64,000 nucleotides of DNA. Source: Zygnema circumcarinatum SAG 698-1b (Eukaryota; Plantae; Zygnematophyceae). Below the pieces are notes generated by a model. That model had not been told where the DNA came from. It ran no database searches and was given only the letters and a program-made list of their open reading frames with translations. Below, piece after piece: positions 1-13,922 of this stretch; the stretch's first letter is position 1; the number at the start of each line of letters is the position of its first letter. The DNA lies in NCBI GenBank assembly GCA_037447605.1, contig CM074811.1:2542001-2606000 (forward strand), in the 5' to 3' direction. A program made the translations under genes and the position numbers.

Positions 1-3000
1 GCCAAATGTATGTGCTGGCCCTTACAGAGCATCAGAGACCATAGCTTCGGAAGGATACCAAAATGGTACTAAAGGTGAAGCTGAAATCTTGCTTGATTCG
101 AATATTAAAGATGTTCTAGTCTTAGCTGAAACAGTCAAGGAGAAGCCCTTGCAGCCCATCATACCCCAAGTGCAATGTGCAGATGTTCAAGTTTCAGAGG
201 TGCATGTAGAGGCTGCTCAGTTTCGGGAAGAGCAGGCGAGCGGATCAGGCACGCGGCAGGACTTAGTTTCCGAGCGAAGTGATGGGACAGGTCGGAGCAT
301 TGGCAAGGGAACGACAAGTCTTATACTAAAGCAGGCAGCCCTCCTTTTCGCTGCCTCACCACACAGAGCCTATGTTTTTTTCACGCTTCTCTTTGTGGGA
401 GAAACCATAGCTGTTGCCGTTTATAGTCATCGAAATGTCACAGGCACGAGCCATAAACAGGTTAGTCAATGAACCCTACCATTTTTTCTAGTTTCTAGGG
501 AGGAATTATGTTCCAGTCCACACTGCACTGGTCTTTCCGGGGCCATATTCCACCCTATGTTGATCTGCACAACTTAGTTTGCCACTGGCAACACTATTCA
601 TAGTGTAGTCTAAGCTTCATCGCTTGAGTTCGCAGAACTGCGTTTCTTCGTTTTTTGGCTCTTTTTGTGGAACTTTGCTCCTTGTTGGGTCAGCACACCT
701 TCCCTGACCCGTCCCTTCAGTTTGCCATCGCAGTTTCTTTTTGGAGTTTCAGCGATTCTTGTGGCACCGGCAATCGCATCCATTGTCGCATACATTCGTT
801 CTCTACAAGCCGACAACATGGAACTTACCAAACGTTCCATTTTTGTAAGTCCCGCACGGTCCCGCATGTACTTGTACATATTGCAGAGAGCAGAAACCAT
901 ATTCTTCAATGCCAGTAGATAGTTTGTATACGAGAATCAAGGAGTGACTCTTGGACGATGAGAATCATTGACTTTGGCACTCCTTTTGTTTTGCGCTTGC
1001 GAGGTGTTCTAATCACCCCATCCTGCATATAAAAATTCAGGAAACGTTTCTTTTCGTTGGGTGCAGATTGGCATCTTCTGCTGGCTGCTCTCCATGGGCG
1101 TTGGGCTCTTCATCGCCATTTTGAGGTTAATGGGCCTCTCTTTCCCTTAATTCTGAAAGAAAGAAGATCAAGCTAAATTGCACAGCTGCAGTCCTCTTCC
1201 TGTCAGTGAGTTGTTGTAAGGATTGAACAAAAGAAGCATCACGAGATCAATGCTTCATTCGTAGTAGTTCTGTAATTGTGTGAGTGACAAAAGGCTTCAA
1301 CCTGAGCACATGCATCTTGATGCTCTCTTGCCCACTGCTGGTTTCAATTTTGAAACTTTGGTCTTCTTATTAAACTCTGATTGTGCCACGCATGCAGCAA
1401 ATCCTCCCTACTGCTTGGCCTGGCAATCACATTGCCTCTGATAGCGACGGCCCTCTCACTCGGCTTCCCTTTGTGGCGATACAATGGATACCACTTGTTC
1501 CGATCGCAGGAGAGGGGCATGTCTGCACTGAGAGCCTCGGAGCCTCCCCATCAGAAGCGACACTTAAGGGTAACGACCTCAACCCTAAGTATCTAATCAA
1601 GGAGATATTTCAATTCAATATAACACGAGTAGGAGAAAGCCACACTCTATGCCGGAGCATAGCAATCGATTGCATTGTTGTTAAGAGGCTCATGGAATCA
1701 TTGTGATACTTTTGAAACTCATGCTTAAGGTGATGCTGTCTTTATGATCATTGTGATGCCGGGGTTGCAGAATCTGTCCATGGCCCTTGTGCTTGGAATA
1801 TGCATCGCATCACATGTGGCTCTAGGCCTGCTTGTCTCAATAGACCCCATAGGAGACATAAGGGATGCGAACCATCCCTACTCTCCTTTTGAAACTCCGC
1901 AATATATTGGCTGGACAACTGCTGGGGCACTTGGATCACTCATTACGGGAGTCCTCCCTCCCATCGCATACTTTGCCACATATGAGATCACTATTTCTTC
2001 AGCAATCAGCATGATCTTCTTCTTAGGTACGTTTTCAAAGTTGACATTGTCCCTCAGGTTGGCCATGTGGCTGCATTTTGTCGTTTGCAAATTGTAAATA
2101 CTTCACAGGTCGGACCATTAGACCAACCATTCGACTGCTTGCCAACCATTGGCGCCGGATCGAAACAACCATTCGAATGGTTCTGAACCAGTGGATTGCT
2201 AATGGTTCAAATGGTTGGCAACCATTCAAATGGTTGGCAACCATTCAAATGGTTCGGAACCAGTGGATGCCAATGGTTGGCAACCATTTGACTGGTCGCC
2301 AACCACTAAACGTCCAACCATTGCCATCCAATGGTTGTCCAGTGGTTGCCGATCCAATGGTCCGACCTGTGAAATACTTTCCTGCTTTTAATAACTCAGT
2401 TGGGATTGCTATCTCGAAATAATGTTGTCCCGTGGCTTCTTTTTCATGCGTTGTTGGTTTCACCTGACGTGTGTACTTTTTGAATGTCAAAGTTTTCCTA
2501 TAGCCCTCGGCCCTGGAAGTAAATGAAACAAGAAGCCACTAGCAATCATAAGCGCCCGATACTGTTTTGTAAAGATAGTCATAATTGTGCCCCCTGTGGT
2601 GCCTTTCGGGTATTTTGCCCTTCTCTCCTTCCTTTTTCTCCAATATCCCCTCGTATCTCCTCTGCCCCTCCCATCCCCTTCCTAGCTTTCCTCGTGTTCA
2701 CTCCTTCCCCCCTTCCCTCTTCCCCATCGCATTCTTTCCCCTCGCCCAATTCAGGTATCCTTGTCAGCTTCTCATTGGGAACACTGTTTGGAGCACTAAC
2801 CGCACACCCGGACGAATGGCCGAAGGAAATCGACTTACTGGCAGCATTTCTCCCCCCGGTCGGCATTTTAGGACTTTACCTTGTCCTATGCGGCCTCTAT
2901 AAGTGGTACGTGCTTGTATCACGCTTTATGTCCCTGTTGTGAAACGGGATCACTTTGAACTGGTCTGTCCTCCCAGCTCGGCTGTTCACATGTGTTTTTC

Positions 3001-5112
3001 CGCTTCTGAGCAGGAGAGATGACGGGTGGCAAATCCGACGAAGCGCACTTGTCCTCCTCGCAATCGGTATCTCCATGCTGCTGCTTGCCACCTCCATAAT
3101 GGTTGCCTTTGTGCGGCCGTGGGCGGTGAGATCCCAAACTCTTTCTATACCCTGTGAGAAGCTCTGTCAATTGTTCTTTTTTAAGGGAAACGCACACATA
3201 TCTTCATCATTGTCTGCACATCACTATGTGCTCCCGAGCCGCAATGTGGTTAAACTTGCTTGCCCTAAAGTCTCCCCTCTTGCTGGCCCATCTCCAGGCC
3301 GGAGTGGCCCTCCTGTTGGCTGTGCTGCTGCTGGGAGTGGGAGTGCTCTCTGTGAGCCGCCTTGCAAGGCACGGCTTCTTCCTCACTCTCCCTCAGACGG
3401 TAGTTCTATGCACTGCCATCGCAGCGGTGGCCATGTTTGCGCTTCTCGCAGCCATTCTTGCAGGTGAGGATGCTGGCTGCCTCCCATCACTTTTCTGCTA
3501 TTTACTTTCGGTCGTTTTCTCCCAACATTTCCTGCTGCTCTTATGTTTCTCTCCTCGTTGTTCCTTCCACCTTATTTTTCTCCTCTCCTTCCTGGCCATT
3601 GAAAGTGGGCCAAGTTTTGCTGTGACAAACTTCAGGTGAGGCATTTATCGGGGCAAGCGTGGCTCTGTTTATCGTGCTTGGAGTAGTTGCCGGATGGGCA
3701 CTCAAGGTCAGTCACTTGAATCCCCTCTCCCCACCCTTTCAATTGGAAGGGTTTGGTCTTTTGGAAAAGTAAGGCCTGCATATCCAGGAGTTTTCACGTT
3801 AGCTACACGAAACTTTGTTTTTGCCAGTCTTGGATTCCGCAAAGTGGTTGGAGCTTGTAAGCAAGCCCAAAGTGTGAATCGTGAGAAGGCAAGGAGGGCG
3901 TGCAGGTGTTGCTCGGTCCCGTCCTGGTAGTGTATTCACCGCGTGTTCTTCCCGTTTTTGTCTATGATCGAGTAGCTGACAAAGCGGTGGATGTTAGGTA
4001 AGTAACAGCTATGGCAAACCGACCTTGCCTTGTGGAGCCTCATTTTTCCTAGCTTTACTTCATTCCTGAACACGGGTTGACTGTTTTTTGACGATGTCGA
4101 TGATGCTGCTGCTTTTTTGGTGTCTCTCTCCTTTCTCGTCATCATGGCCACATTTGACGCGTCTTCTTCTGTTCAAAATGCAGTGGAGCATTTCTTGTCT
4201 TATATGGAGTTGGATTGGCAATTTGTGCTTGGGGAGTGGTGGCCACCCTCTTGCTCGACCCTCCATATGTTGGGGCAACAGTGCTCTCTGCCACCCTTGT
4301 GCTTGCATACGGCTTTGCCATCTCCCGCCCCTACGCCACTGCCAAAGTGAGTGAAGCTCAACGACTGCCTGCACATGTTAGGGTCTCTCGCAGCCTCTTT
4401 AGGGTTTAACTCTCGATGGACGGATGGATGGATGGTACAGATGATGGAAACAGCACTGCAGTATCTCCCAAAGGACACCATCGTTCAGGCTCTTAAGCGC
4501 GCTATCTCGAAGGTGCAGTCTCAAAACGGACGAACAGGGTGCCTCTTAGCTTTCATCTCCCTTTGGTTTTTGCAGGCTTATGACCTTAACTGATATTGGT
4601 GTCTTTTGAAGTGATGCTTTCGTCTAATCTTTAAGATTTGAGCATGAGGAGTGCTGCCAAAGGAGGTTCTCCAAATGCATAGGCTGACGGACAAGCGAGT
4701 GTGGCGAGCAGACATGCAGAGAGGCCATGGGTACGCATGTGGTCTTCCAACACAATTCCGACAGTTCCTTTCCAAGCCTGATGAGCAGCACACATATAGC
4801 ACGAAGTGTAGACAGCAATGTGCCCCTAGCTAGGGAGGACATTCAGCAGCTCCGCCACATGCTGAGAATGGAAGAAGCTGCAGCAGGAGGAAGTCCATGG
4901 AGTATGCGGGGCAATAGACCTCATGTAGCAGCCCAAGTTGCAACAGATAGGGGCACAGTTGCAGCGCATGCACACATTTTGGCGTTAGAATCGGCCATTG
5001 ATAGAATGTGCGCTAAGCTATGGAGCGAATTTGGCGGTATCTTCCTCCTCATTATCGGTTTGTCAGCACGCACAGAAAAGATTCAGGTGGGTATACTAAT
5101 GAAGCTTCTAAA

Positions 5113-5156
<44 letters not shown>

Positions 5157-8100
5157 GATAGATAGATAGATAGATAGGTTGATAGATTGATTTGATTGAT
5201 TTGGGATAGATTGGGTTGTGGTTGGATATGATGGGCAGTTTTACCAATCATTGCGACGAGCCAATGATGCACTGACTGCATATTGACGAATGAGATGGGG
5301 TTGCAGGATGACGCGCGACTGCGCTTGTTCTTGGATCAGATCGGACTTGCAGATTTGGATGCAAGCAGGATCAAAAAATGGTCAAGACCGGAACGCAAGC
5401 GCTTTGAAGAATTACGTGAAAGGTGATAGTCTGCTGCAGCCCAACTTTCGCTTCAGTTAGGAAATTGATATGCGGTAAAAGGTTTTTCTGTCAGCGTCAA
5501 AGCTTATTAGTGCATCTGACTTCTCCATCTATAATTCAAGATACAGTTTTTGTCTGGGAGACTCTCAATTTGGATAGTATCGCGAAAAGATTTCCTAGCA
5601 TGAGTTTCATCTTGAAAATAACTGCAGAATCGAGTGACAAAGACTTTCCACACTTTTGCTCTCTACCCATCCTTTCAAGCTTCTGACTTTGTATTGGGGC
5701 TTTCATGTCTCTTTACAGGTACATGATGGAGACGGAACACAGGGAGGTGCAGGTTGCTCTCCGCCGCGAAGAGGAGCAGAGGGGGCAGCAGAGGAGGAGA
5801 TCCTTTCTGCAGAGAGAGGGGCTGAGGAGGAGGCAGAGAGAGGCTGACGTACTCTCCTCCATGCCCAGCGCAAGCAGGACACACGTGGCAGCAGTGGTAG
5901 CTGCTCTCGGCGCTGTGGGAGAGCAGAGCGGAGTGTTCTCAGGCCCTTTGTCAAATGGAGAACACAAAGCAGGACTGGACCAAATGCCAACTTTCGACGA
6001 TGTTCTATCGCAGTTTTTGGAGGCATCCCTTCAGCAGAGAGCTTTGCAGGTGCGAACCCTTTGCTGCAAAGCCTATGATTGCACAGATGTTTTATTGAAG
6101 GCTGAGATTTTCGTTTTCGACCTTTAGTACTGTCAGGTTATGGCTGACCTGCGACTCTAACTTTCGTGGGTCACATGTGGAGTAGTTTCGTATGGCACAT
6201 GGCTAAGTCCGAATGTTACAACAGCAGTTTTTCTTCTGAATGTGCAGACTGGAGTATTAGGCGCAGTCTGTGCAGTGAATGGGGAAGTGTGGCGAGGGAG
6301 TGGATGCTATGGCCCTGTCGACCCCTCACTATGTGGGACGGTAGAAGGGAGCATATGGGCAGATATCTGCATTTCTGCAGGGAGTGCCTCTGTTTGCATA
6401 CTCGCCACACGGACGGAGGAAGCGGTTGGGATAGACATAGTCGTAGCAGGAAGAGAGTTGCCCGCATGCACAGGATGTGTTTTTCTGCGGATCACAACGG
6501 GGCCCGGACATGTAAAGGAGTGGGTGGTGGGGAAGAGTTCTATTCAAGATGGGAAATGGCACACTTTGGCAGTGGTTATGCAAGCAGATGTGGGGAAAAC
6601 GCTTGTTTATGTGGATGGGAGGTTAGATGGGTGGGCAGAGGGGGTTAAGGAGTTAGGGCCCACTGGCATATGGAATGCGAAGATGAATGTGTGGGTGGGC
6701 ACTTGTGGTCCACAAAATTCATCGGAAGATGGCGTTCTGGAGATACAGGATGCTTTTATGTGGGGAAGGTGTCTTTCACATGCTGAAATTCAGAGACTCC
6801 ACAAAAGCTCAAGGCCTACAACCAACACAGAAAGGCAGGAGAGTTTTGCAGTTTCTGAGGTAAGTCCATCAAAAGCTTGCGCCACGTGGAGGGCAACTAG
6901 TTCATCTTTCTTCTGCCTAATTTCAAAAGTAATAATATAGCTATAACTTGTTTCTTGATCAACGATGCAAGCTGTCACTGTCTGCTTGTGCAGCCGTATG
7001 AGCAGAGCGTGATTTTTGACGGACGAAGTCATTCACAGCGAATTGGACATGACCTCTCAATGTCGTGGAGGAAGAGAAAGGCAGACACAGGTGGATATGA
7101 GTCCACGGATTTTCCAACTGTTGGGATTTCCTCCTCGAAGTTTGTGCAGCAGCCGAGAGTTGAGCTCGATGAGGAAGTCTGCCATAAATTTCGGGCCGTA
7201 GAGCTCGCTGTGAAGGCATCGCTAGTGGCTCAAGGGGAGGACCGATTCACAGACAAAGAGTTTCCACCGAACGAACATTCAATCTTTGCAGATCCCGATC
7301 GTCCGCTTCGAAAATTGAATGTAAACTACAATTGCCAGTCTTTTTATTTCTGCATAGATTGGTGGACTTTTGAATTTGGCAGTGGGATGCTAAATACGAA
7401 AAATGAATCCAGATGGGCCAAACTCCATGGTCTATGGCTTATGGAATGTCTCCTTATGATGTCTGAACTCTGATCCTGTGATAAATCTAAATTGTTGTGT
7501 ACAGGCGGTGAAGAAGTGGCTTCGACCAGATGAAATTGTGAAGAAAACGGCAACATTGGATTCTACACCACAATTGTTTGCTGGCAAAGCTAACGCTTCC
7601 GATGTCTGTCAGGTGAGCTTCTGAGGCAAGCAATTGTTTTAGTGAAAGTTCTGTGCTCCTTTGGTTTGTTGTTGCAACATGTAAACATTTAGAATTCATG
7701 ACGTTTGTCAATTGCAAAGGAAGCTTGCGAAGTATGGAAACTAATTCTCAGCCTCGCATTAAAGAAAACACTTCTGATTTCCGAATAAATCAAGAAAAGT
7801 CTTTTCCGAATAAATTAAGAAAAGTCTTTTCCGAATAAATTAAGAAAAGTCTTTGGAGCTGTACAGGGCCGACTCGGTGATTGCTGGTTTCTGAGTGCGG
7901 TCGCCGTCCTGACGGAAGCTTCACCTTCAAGAATTCGGAACGTAATAATTACACCTGTCTACAACCGTGAGGGGGTCTACACTGTGCGCTTCTGCGTGCA
8001 GGTGAGAGCAATCCTATCATGGATCCTTTCTCCCTTTCTTGCGAGGATGATTCATCATAAGCTGCCGAATCATTAACGTTATGTGATTGCAAGCACAAAG

Positions 8101-10037
8101 CTGAGTTTTGCATTCAGACAACACACAATCAGCATTTTGTATGGGACGATTGCAGGGGGAGTGGGTTCCCGTAATTGTGGACGATTGGATTCCGTGCGAT
8201 GGCCGTGGAAAGCCGACATTTGCGACGAGCCGAAAGGCAAACGAACTGTGGGTGGCCATCTTAGAGAAGGCATATGCGAAGCTGCATGGGTCCTATGAAG
8301 CATTGGATGGAGGCGTAGTGCAGGACGCACTGGTAGACATGACGGGAGGGGCGGGAGAGGAGATAGACATGACCAGTGCAGAGGCTCAGATCGACTTGGC
8401 TTCAGGTCGACTATGGTCACAACTGCTCCGCTTCTATAGGGAGGGTTTTCTTTTGGGAGCTGGCAGCCCTTCAGGGTCTGACCAGGAGGTAGCAGCAAGC
8501 GGCATTGTACAGGGCCATGCATACGCACTGCTACAGGTAACTGTTTCAGTTTCAGTTTCAGTTCTGTTTCACTCTCAGTAGGGTTGTGTGCCTGCCTGCC
8601 TGCACTAGTTGCAACCCCTGATGGAAGGGTTCTCAGTGTGAGGGAAGGAAAGGGAAATTAGTAGACATGTGAGAGGTTAGAGCTGATGGGGAGGAGATCT
8701 GTGGGAGGGGAGATGCAGGTTGTGGAAGTGGATGGATATCAGCTCTTGCAGGTGCGCAACCCCTGGGCAGGAAATGAGGCGGAGTGGAAGGGACCTTGGT
8801 CGGATAGCTCTCCCCTATGGACTCCTCGCATGCGGCACAAATTGAAGTTTACTCCACAGGTGTGATTACGATAGCCTGTATGAAGCTGAAGTTGGAAAAT
8901 AGAACTGAATGGTGTGGCAAAGTGATGAGCTAATTCGTTGAACTGGGGAAGTATTGAAGCTCACTGTTGACGGAATGACGAAAATCATGCCTCTATCGAG
9001 GGTTAACAGGTGGCACTGCACAACATGTATCTTGGAGGATACATGTTTTTTTTCTCCTTCCAAATTCATTGGCTATTGAACCCCTATTGGAATAGTTGTG
9101 ATGATCTTGGTTTATCGGACACTACTGTACTCTCTCTCTCTCGCTCTCTCTCTCTCTCCCCCTCTCTCTCTCTATCCGCCTGTCTCTTCCTCTCCCTCCC
9201 TCAACATCCTTGCGTCCTCCCTCTCTCTCGCCCTCCTTCCCTGCCCTTCTCCTCCCTCCCACCCCCCCTTCCCCCATACCCTTTTCCCTTCTCATTGATG
9301 TTCTTGGTCTACTAACCTCTCCCCCTCATTGGTGTTTCTTCTTCCCCCGCTTCTCCCTCTCTCTCTCTCTTCCTTCATATCCCTTTCCTTCCCATGCCCG
9401 TGGGAGCAGGCTGCCTGCGGTGTGTTCTGGATGTGCTGGCAAGACTTCCAAGTGCACTTCCGCTCTCTCTATGTGTGCCGTCTCTACCCCCCTCACATGC
9501 GAACTATCTCCCGGGGACATTGGCGGGGGTCCCTTGCCGCCGGGTGCCCTAACTTTGAGGGATGGCATAGAAACCCGCAGTTTCTGCTCACTCCTGTGGG
9601 GGCAGATCGCACTCTGCCTCTCAACGTCTTCATCACTCTCACACAGGCAATTCAGCATTCCATCCAGCAAGCTTGAGTTTTGTTTTTAGTTCATTACGCT
9701 CGCTTCTTTTCCCTGCTCTTCTCTCGCTCACTGCTCTGCTGGGATGTGGATGCTGCAGGGGCGATGCTCTGCAGGGGCAGGAGGAGAGGTTTCTTTGTTC
9801 TTTATTGGCATGAGAGTGGTACAGCAGGGGGGGAGGCGCTGTGGGCCTGACCTCTATGCCTCAGAGATAGTGGGTTCGAGCGAGTATGTGAACAGCAGAG
9901 AGGTGGCCTGTGAGCTAACCCTGCCACCCGACCCACGTGGATATACCATTGTGCCCACCACCTATGCCCCGGGTCAAGAGGCCCCCTTCCTGCTTTCAGT
10001 ATTCACCAAGGCACAGGTGACATTGGAGCCCATCTGA
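1..10037 (+). CDS. DEK1: DEFECTIVE KERNEL 1 (phytocalpain), multi-exon, 5' part upstream of the window
   Basis: Many hydrophobic transmembrane exons (0.3-4.4 kb), then a laminin-G-like exon (6242-6860, DGKWHTLAVV...VYVDG). The CysPc domain has catalytic C in CQ|GRLGDCWFLSAVAVL (7605-7611 + 7867-), H in GIVQGHAYALLQ (~8517) and N in QVRNPW (~8758). A C2-like domain III ends YVNSREV...YTIVPTTYAPGQEAPFLLSVFTKAQVTLEPI* (TGA 10035-10037). Confidence 0.95.
2104..2371. mobile_element. hAT-like MITE in a DEK1 intron
   Basis: TIR CACAGGTCGGACCA...TGGTCCGACCTGTG; 8-bp TSD AAATACTT at 2096-2103 and 2372-2379; internal AACCATT/AATGGTT subrepeats. Confidence 0.85.
5113..5178. repeat. (GATA)n microsatellite, intronic
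   Basis: Visible tandem ATAG array. Confidence 0.9.
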
Positions 10038-13000
10038 AAGCATGGGGAGCTCAGGCGACACTGCACGAGATATGCTCACATGTGGTGACCTCATAAAATG
10101 CCCCAAGTTATCTGACAGTCTTCATTGCCACTTGTGACTTCTCCTCCCAACGTGACATACTGAAGCTCTGCTGTGGTGAGACTCCCAGACGCAAAGAGCT
10201 GCTTGAGCAAGTAGAAGCTGACTTTAGCAGAAGATGTTCAGGCTCCGTACTCGCAAGAGAAGATTTCGCCCTGAGCGACCTGCAATCGCTGCTGTGCATG
10301 CAAAGCTACTTGGGCTGCGCAGGTTTGTTTCGACCGCTTCCCACTTCGTTACTTTGACAGAGGCCCTCCAGTACAGTGCAATAAAGGAGGTGATTGGCTG
10401 CGAAGCTCATCCGGCGGAAGCTCAAACGTCCATTCTTTCCACGGTCTCCCATGTTGGAGGAATCCACTTCAAAGCGACGATGATGAGTTTGACGGGCCGT
10501 GCAGAAACTGCAAGTTGGAAGAAAGAAAGCAGAGCAGGTGAGCGGGAACTCCTCTCCATCCATTGTGCCTCTATTGCTCAGCTGATCTAGGATGATGCCA
10601 CACACCGGAACTCCATTCTTCGCATTAGTCCTACGTTTGTATTGATTGCCTCGTGCAATGTATGTGCAGGGAATCAGCGCCTCTTTGTGCAAATAAATGC
10701 TGATACATTTGTTGTGGATGAACCCTAGAGACCATGATTTCGAAAGGGACGGTCTCCCAATAATGCAATCCTTGTCTACAGGCAGCTGTTAGGGCTGGCA
10801 AGTGTAGACTCTTATCTGTGCATATTTGCCTGTTACATTCCCGTTTGCAATTTGGCTCATAAAGCTTGTTTGGAAGGGAGTTTTCCATTTTTAATAGAAG
10901 TTTTTTGAATAAGGTGGTGCCTACCTTATACCATGTCGACTACTCTCTGGCTACATGCCCACCATGTCGGAACGACTTTTAACCCTAAAATGTTGTAGTC
11001 ATTACGAGACCTGCATGCCGAACGCTACAGCGTAATATTTTTTGTCAGCGGATGATGATCCATGGACATAATTAGCAGTCGATGTTGAAACGTTGAAGCT
11101 TTGCCAAAGGATATGCCAAATGTTGTATCACGTGCTACGATAGCCTCAAATTCAATTGAGCAGTCCCTCTCTCGCTCCCTCTCGCTCTCTCTCCCTCTCG
11201 TAAAAAAGAATATCCTCGAATTGCGAATCGCAGTGTATCCTTCAGTTTTTGTATACGGTAATATATCATTCTTGTAATTCGAGGATATTCCGCTTTATGA
11301 GAAGATTTAGCACGAAACGATAGTCCATGATACACTGCTGTACAGGGTTTGAAGATACACCGCACAACGATGTCTAACGATGGACTGCTTGAATGAATTG
11401 AGGATCACACTCAATACGCAATTTGAATATCTATAGCTTCACGAGGGAGGGAGGGAGGGAGGGAGGGAGGTTGGAAGCGAGGTGAGTCAGGTAGTGAGGC
11501 GAAGGGCGGGGAAGGAGCGAAGTGGAAGAGGGAACATGGAGAAGAGGCATAAGAAACGCAAACCCTAACCCTAATTTCCTGTGTTCACTTATCAAACGTC
11601 CGTGTACACCATAGAATTTCCAGGGAACAGCACACAATCGTTGTCGCTTTCTTCATACTCCCCCTCTCACTCTGTCTCGCTCTCACGCACTCTTCTTCTT
11701 TTTCTCTTTACAACTGTCTCCTCTCCCAACTCTTCACTGCTGCTAGTGTTGTTGTTGCAGCCTCTCTTTTCTGCTTCTATAAGCTTCCTCATTCCGAGCC
11801 TTTTCGTTGCCTGGGCGTATTTTTCTAATTTCTTCACCAACTCTCTCACACTCTCGCTCGGAAGGGAAAAACGAGATATTTCCTCCAACGTCGTTCCGCG
11901 GTGTAATCCAATGGTCTCAGTCAACGACATATACTGAAATATTCGTATATCATAACAGCCTCTGTATCGTTGAATATCGTATAGAGGTATCGATATAATA
12001 TCGCAATATAGCGAAATGTTGCGTTGAGGGTATATCGTTTGAAATCGTATCGCGATGCATGCTCAAGTTTCATTTCGGTGGACGGTCTAGGGTTTTGGGT
12101 TTTGGGTTTAGGACTGAGGGTTTAGGGTTTACGGTTTTTGGAGTGACAATGGTTCGAGCAAAAAATCAGAGCAGAAAATCAATCGGAAAAAAGGAAATAA
12201 AGAAAAAAGCGGCTGCTTCTAATGCCGTGTTCTTGAGCCTAGAAGTGGATTTCCGTCAATAGGCTTCTTCTTTCAGTCATTGGTCCTTTGTGACCGTTTC
12301 CTCGTGGTTCCACATGTTGTTAAAATGTACATTTGATGGCCTCGCCATCGTGAGATCAATGCAAGTTCCTCATTTCGATGAGGAAGGAAGACCGTGTGCC
12401 GAGAAGGAGGAAAACGAGCTGCATCCCAAGCGGCGGATAACTCTGGAAAAGTGCTTCGTGCTGTGCATTCAAACTCCGCACAGCGGAGGCTCTCAAATTG
12501 CGTATCGCTATGCATCCTCACAATTCAGGTTGCAGGACATCGTCTGCAGGCGTATCGCGGCATAGCCTCAAATCGCCTTGTTAGCGAGCGGTATATCTCA
12601 CACTTTCTTCTTGTTTGCTCTCTCCCTCTCTCTTCTCCCAAAACAGCCCCTCTCTATCTCTCGGGAGTACGAGTGAAAGGGGAAGAGGGAGAGAGAGAGG
12701 GCTACCAAATGAAAGTCAGAAAAAGAGGGAATGCTCTCTCCTCTCTCCCCTCGCTCTCCCACACGGCAACCTCCCTCGCTCCTCTTATGGACGACCCTCT
12801 TTCTCCCTCTGTTTCGGGAGTGTGTGTGGGGGAGAGAGAGAGGAGGCTGGGAGAAAAAGGAGAAGGGAGATAAAGAGATGCATTGAGTTGCTTCCCCCTC
12901 TCTCAAACTCCTCTCCCTCATCCATACTCACTCTCGCCCTCTCGCTCGCTCTCTCGCAGCAGCCTCTCTCTCTCTCTCGCTATCTCTCTCTCCTCTCACG

Positions 13001-13922
13001 ACAGGCTCCTCCCTCGACTAAGTTCTGCGGCACCTCAATTCGACTACGTCAAAACATGACCTATATTTGCACTGCAGTTTAGAATACAAAACCGCCCCTC
13101 CCTCAACACACTTTGCCACATTAAAAAAACCTCCATGCCGCCATGTTGCATGCGCCCTCCGCTGACATGAAAGCCTCCCATGTAGATCAACCTTCTGTGA
13201 AAAACAAGGGTAGAACGAAAGCAAAACGAACGCAAGCACAAAATGGTACATGAAATTCTGCCTCACTACACACTACTCTGTCAATGACCCGCCTATGCAA
13301 TACCACTACAAGCCCTCCCCATGAATGTTACATATTAACTTAAAGTGCAATAAGCCTATGCCAAATGCAAATACAGTCCGGAACCTTCCAATAATATACT
13401 TCCTCTTTTGAGACCAATGCGAACCCCCTTCCTATCTTTTGCAGTCTAAAACCCTCCAGCACTGCTCTAATCGGCTTGAAGACTCCACATCTCTCTCTCT
13501 GCGCGAACAATATGAGACCGTTGAAAGCGCTATGCCTTCACTGCTCCCTGATTGCTACACACCAAACTATGCCTTCTCTCTCTCTCTGTCTCTGTCTCTC
13601 TGTCTGTCTCTCTCTCTCTCTACCTTCCTCTCGTATCATCTCGCAAAACGTGAACTCCTTCAGGAGCTCTCGAAATGCTCTCTGCTGCTGCTGAGCCGTA
13701 CGCAGACTGAATTACTGCCATCATCATCATCATCATCATCGCCAGCTTGAGCCCAATGATGACTGTGTCGCTCCTACGCCTCAAACTTCATGAGCAGGGC
13801 CTATAAAAAATACTCATCCATCTGTGCTTCTTATTTTTTTTTCTGCCTGAAATTAAAAAGAATCCGCCCTGCCCTAAAAAAATCGCATGCTCTGCTTGCT
13901 GCTACTGCCACATTTGCCTGCC

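Noticed and set aside
10100-10900. Short ORFs downstream of DEK1
   Set aside because: No recognisable motifs or consistent splice model; likely UTR or intergenic.
12088-12130. Degenerate TTTAGGG/TTTTGGG motifs
   Set aside because: Too short and degenerate to call an interstitial telomere; telo-box-like motifs are common in this window.
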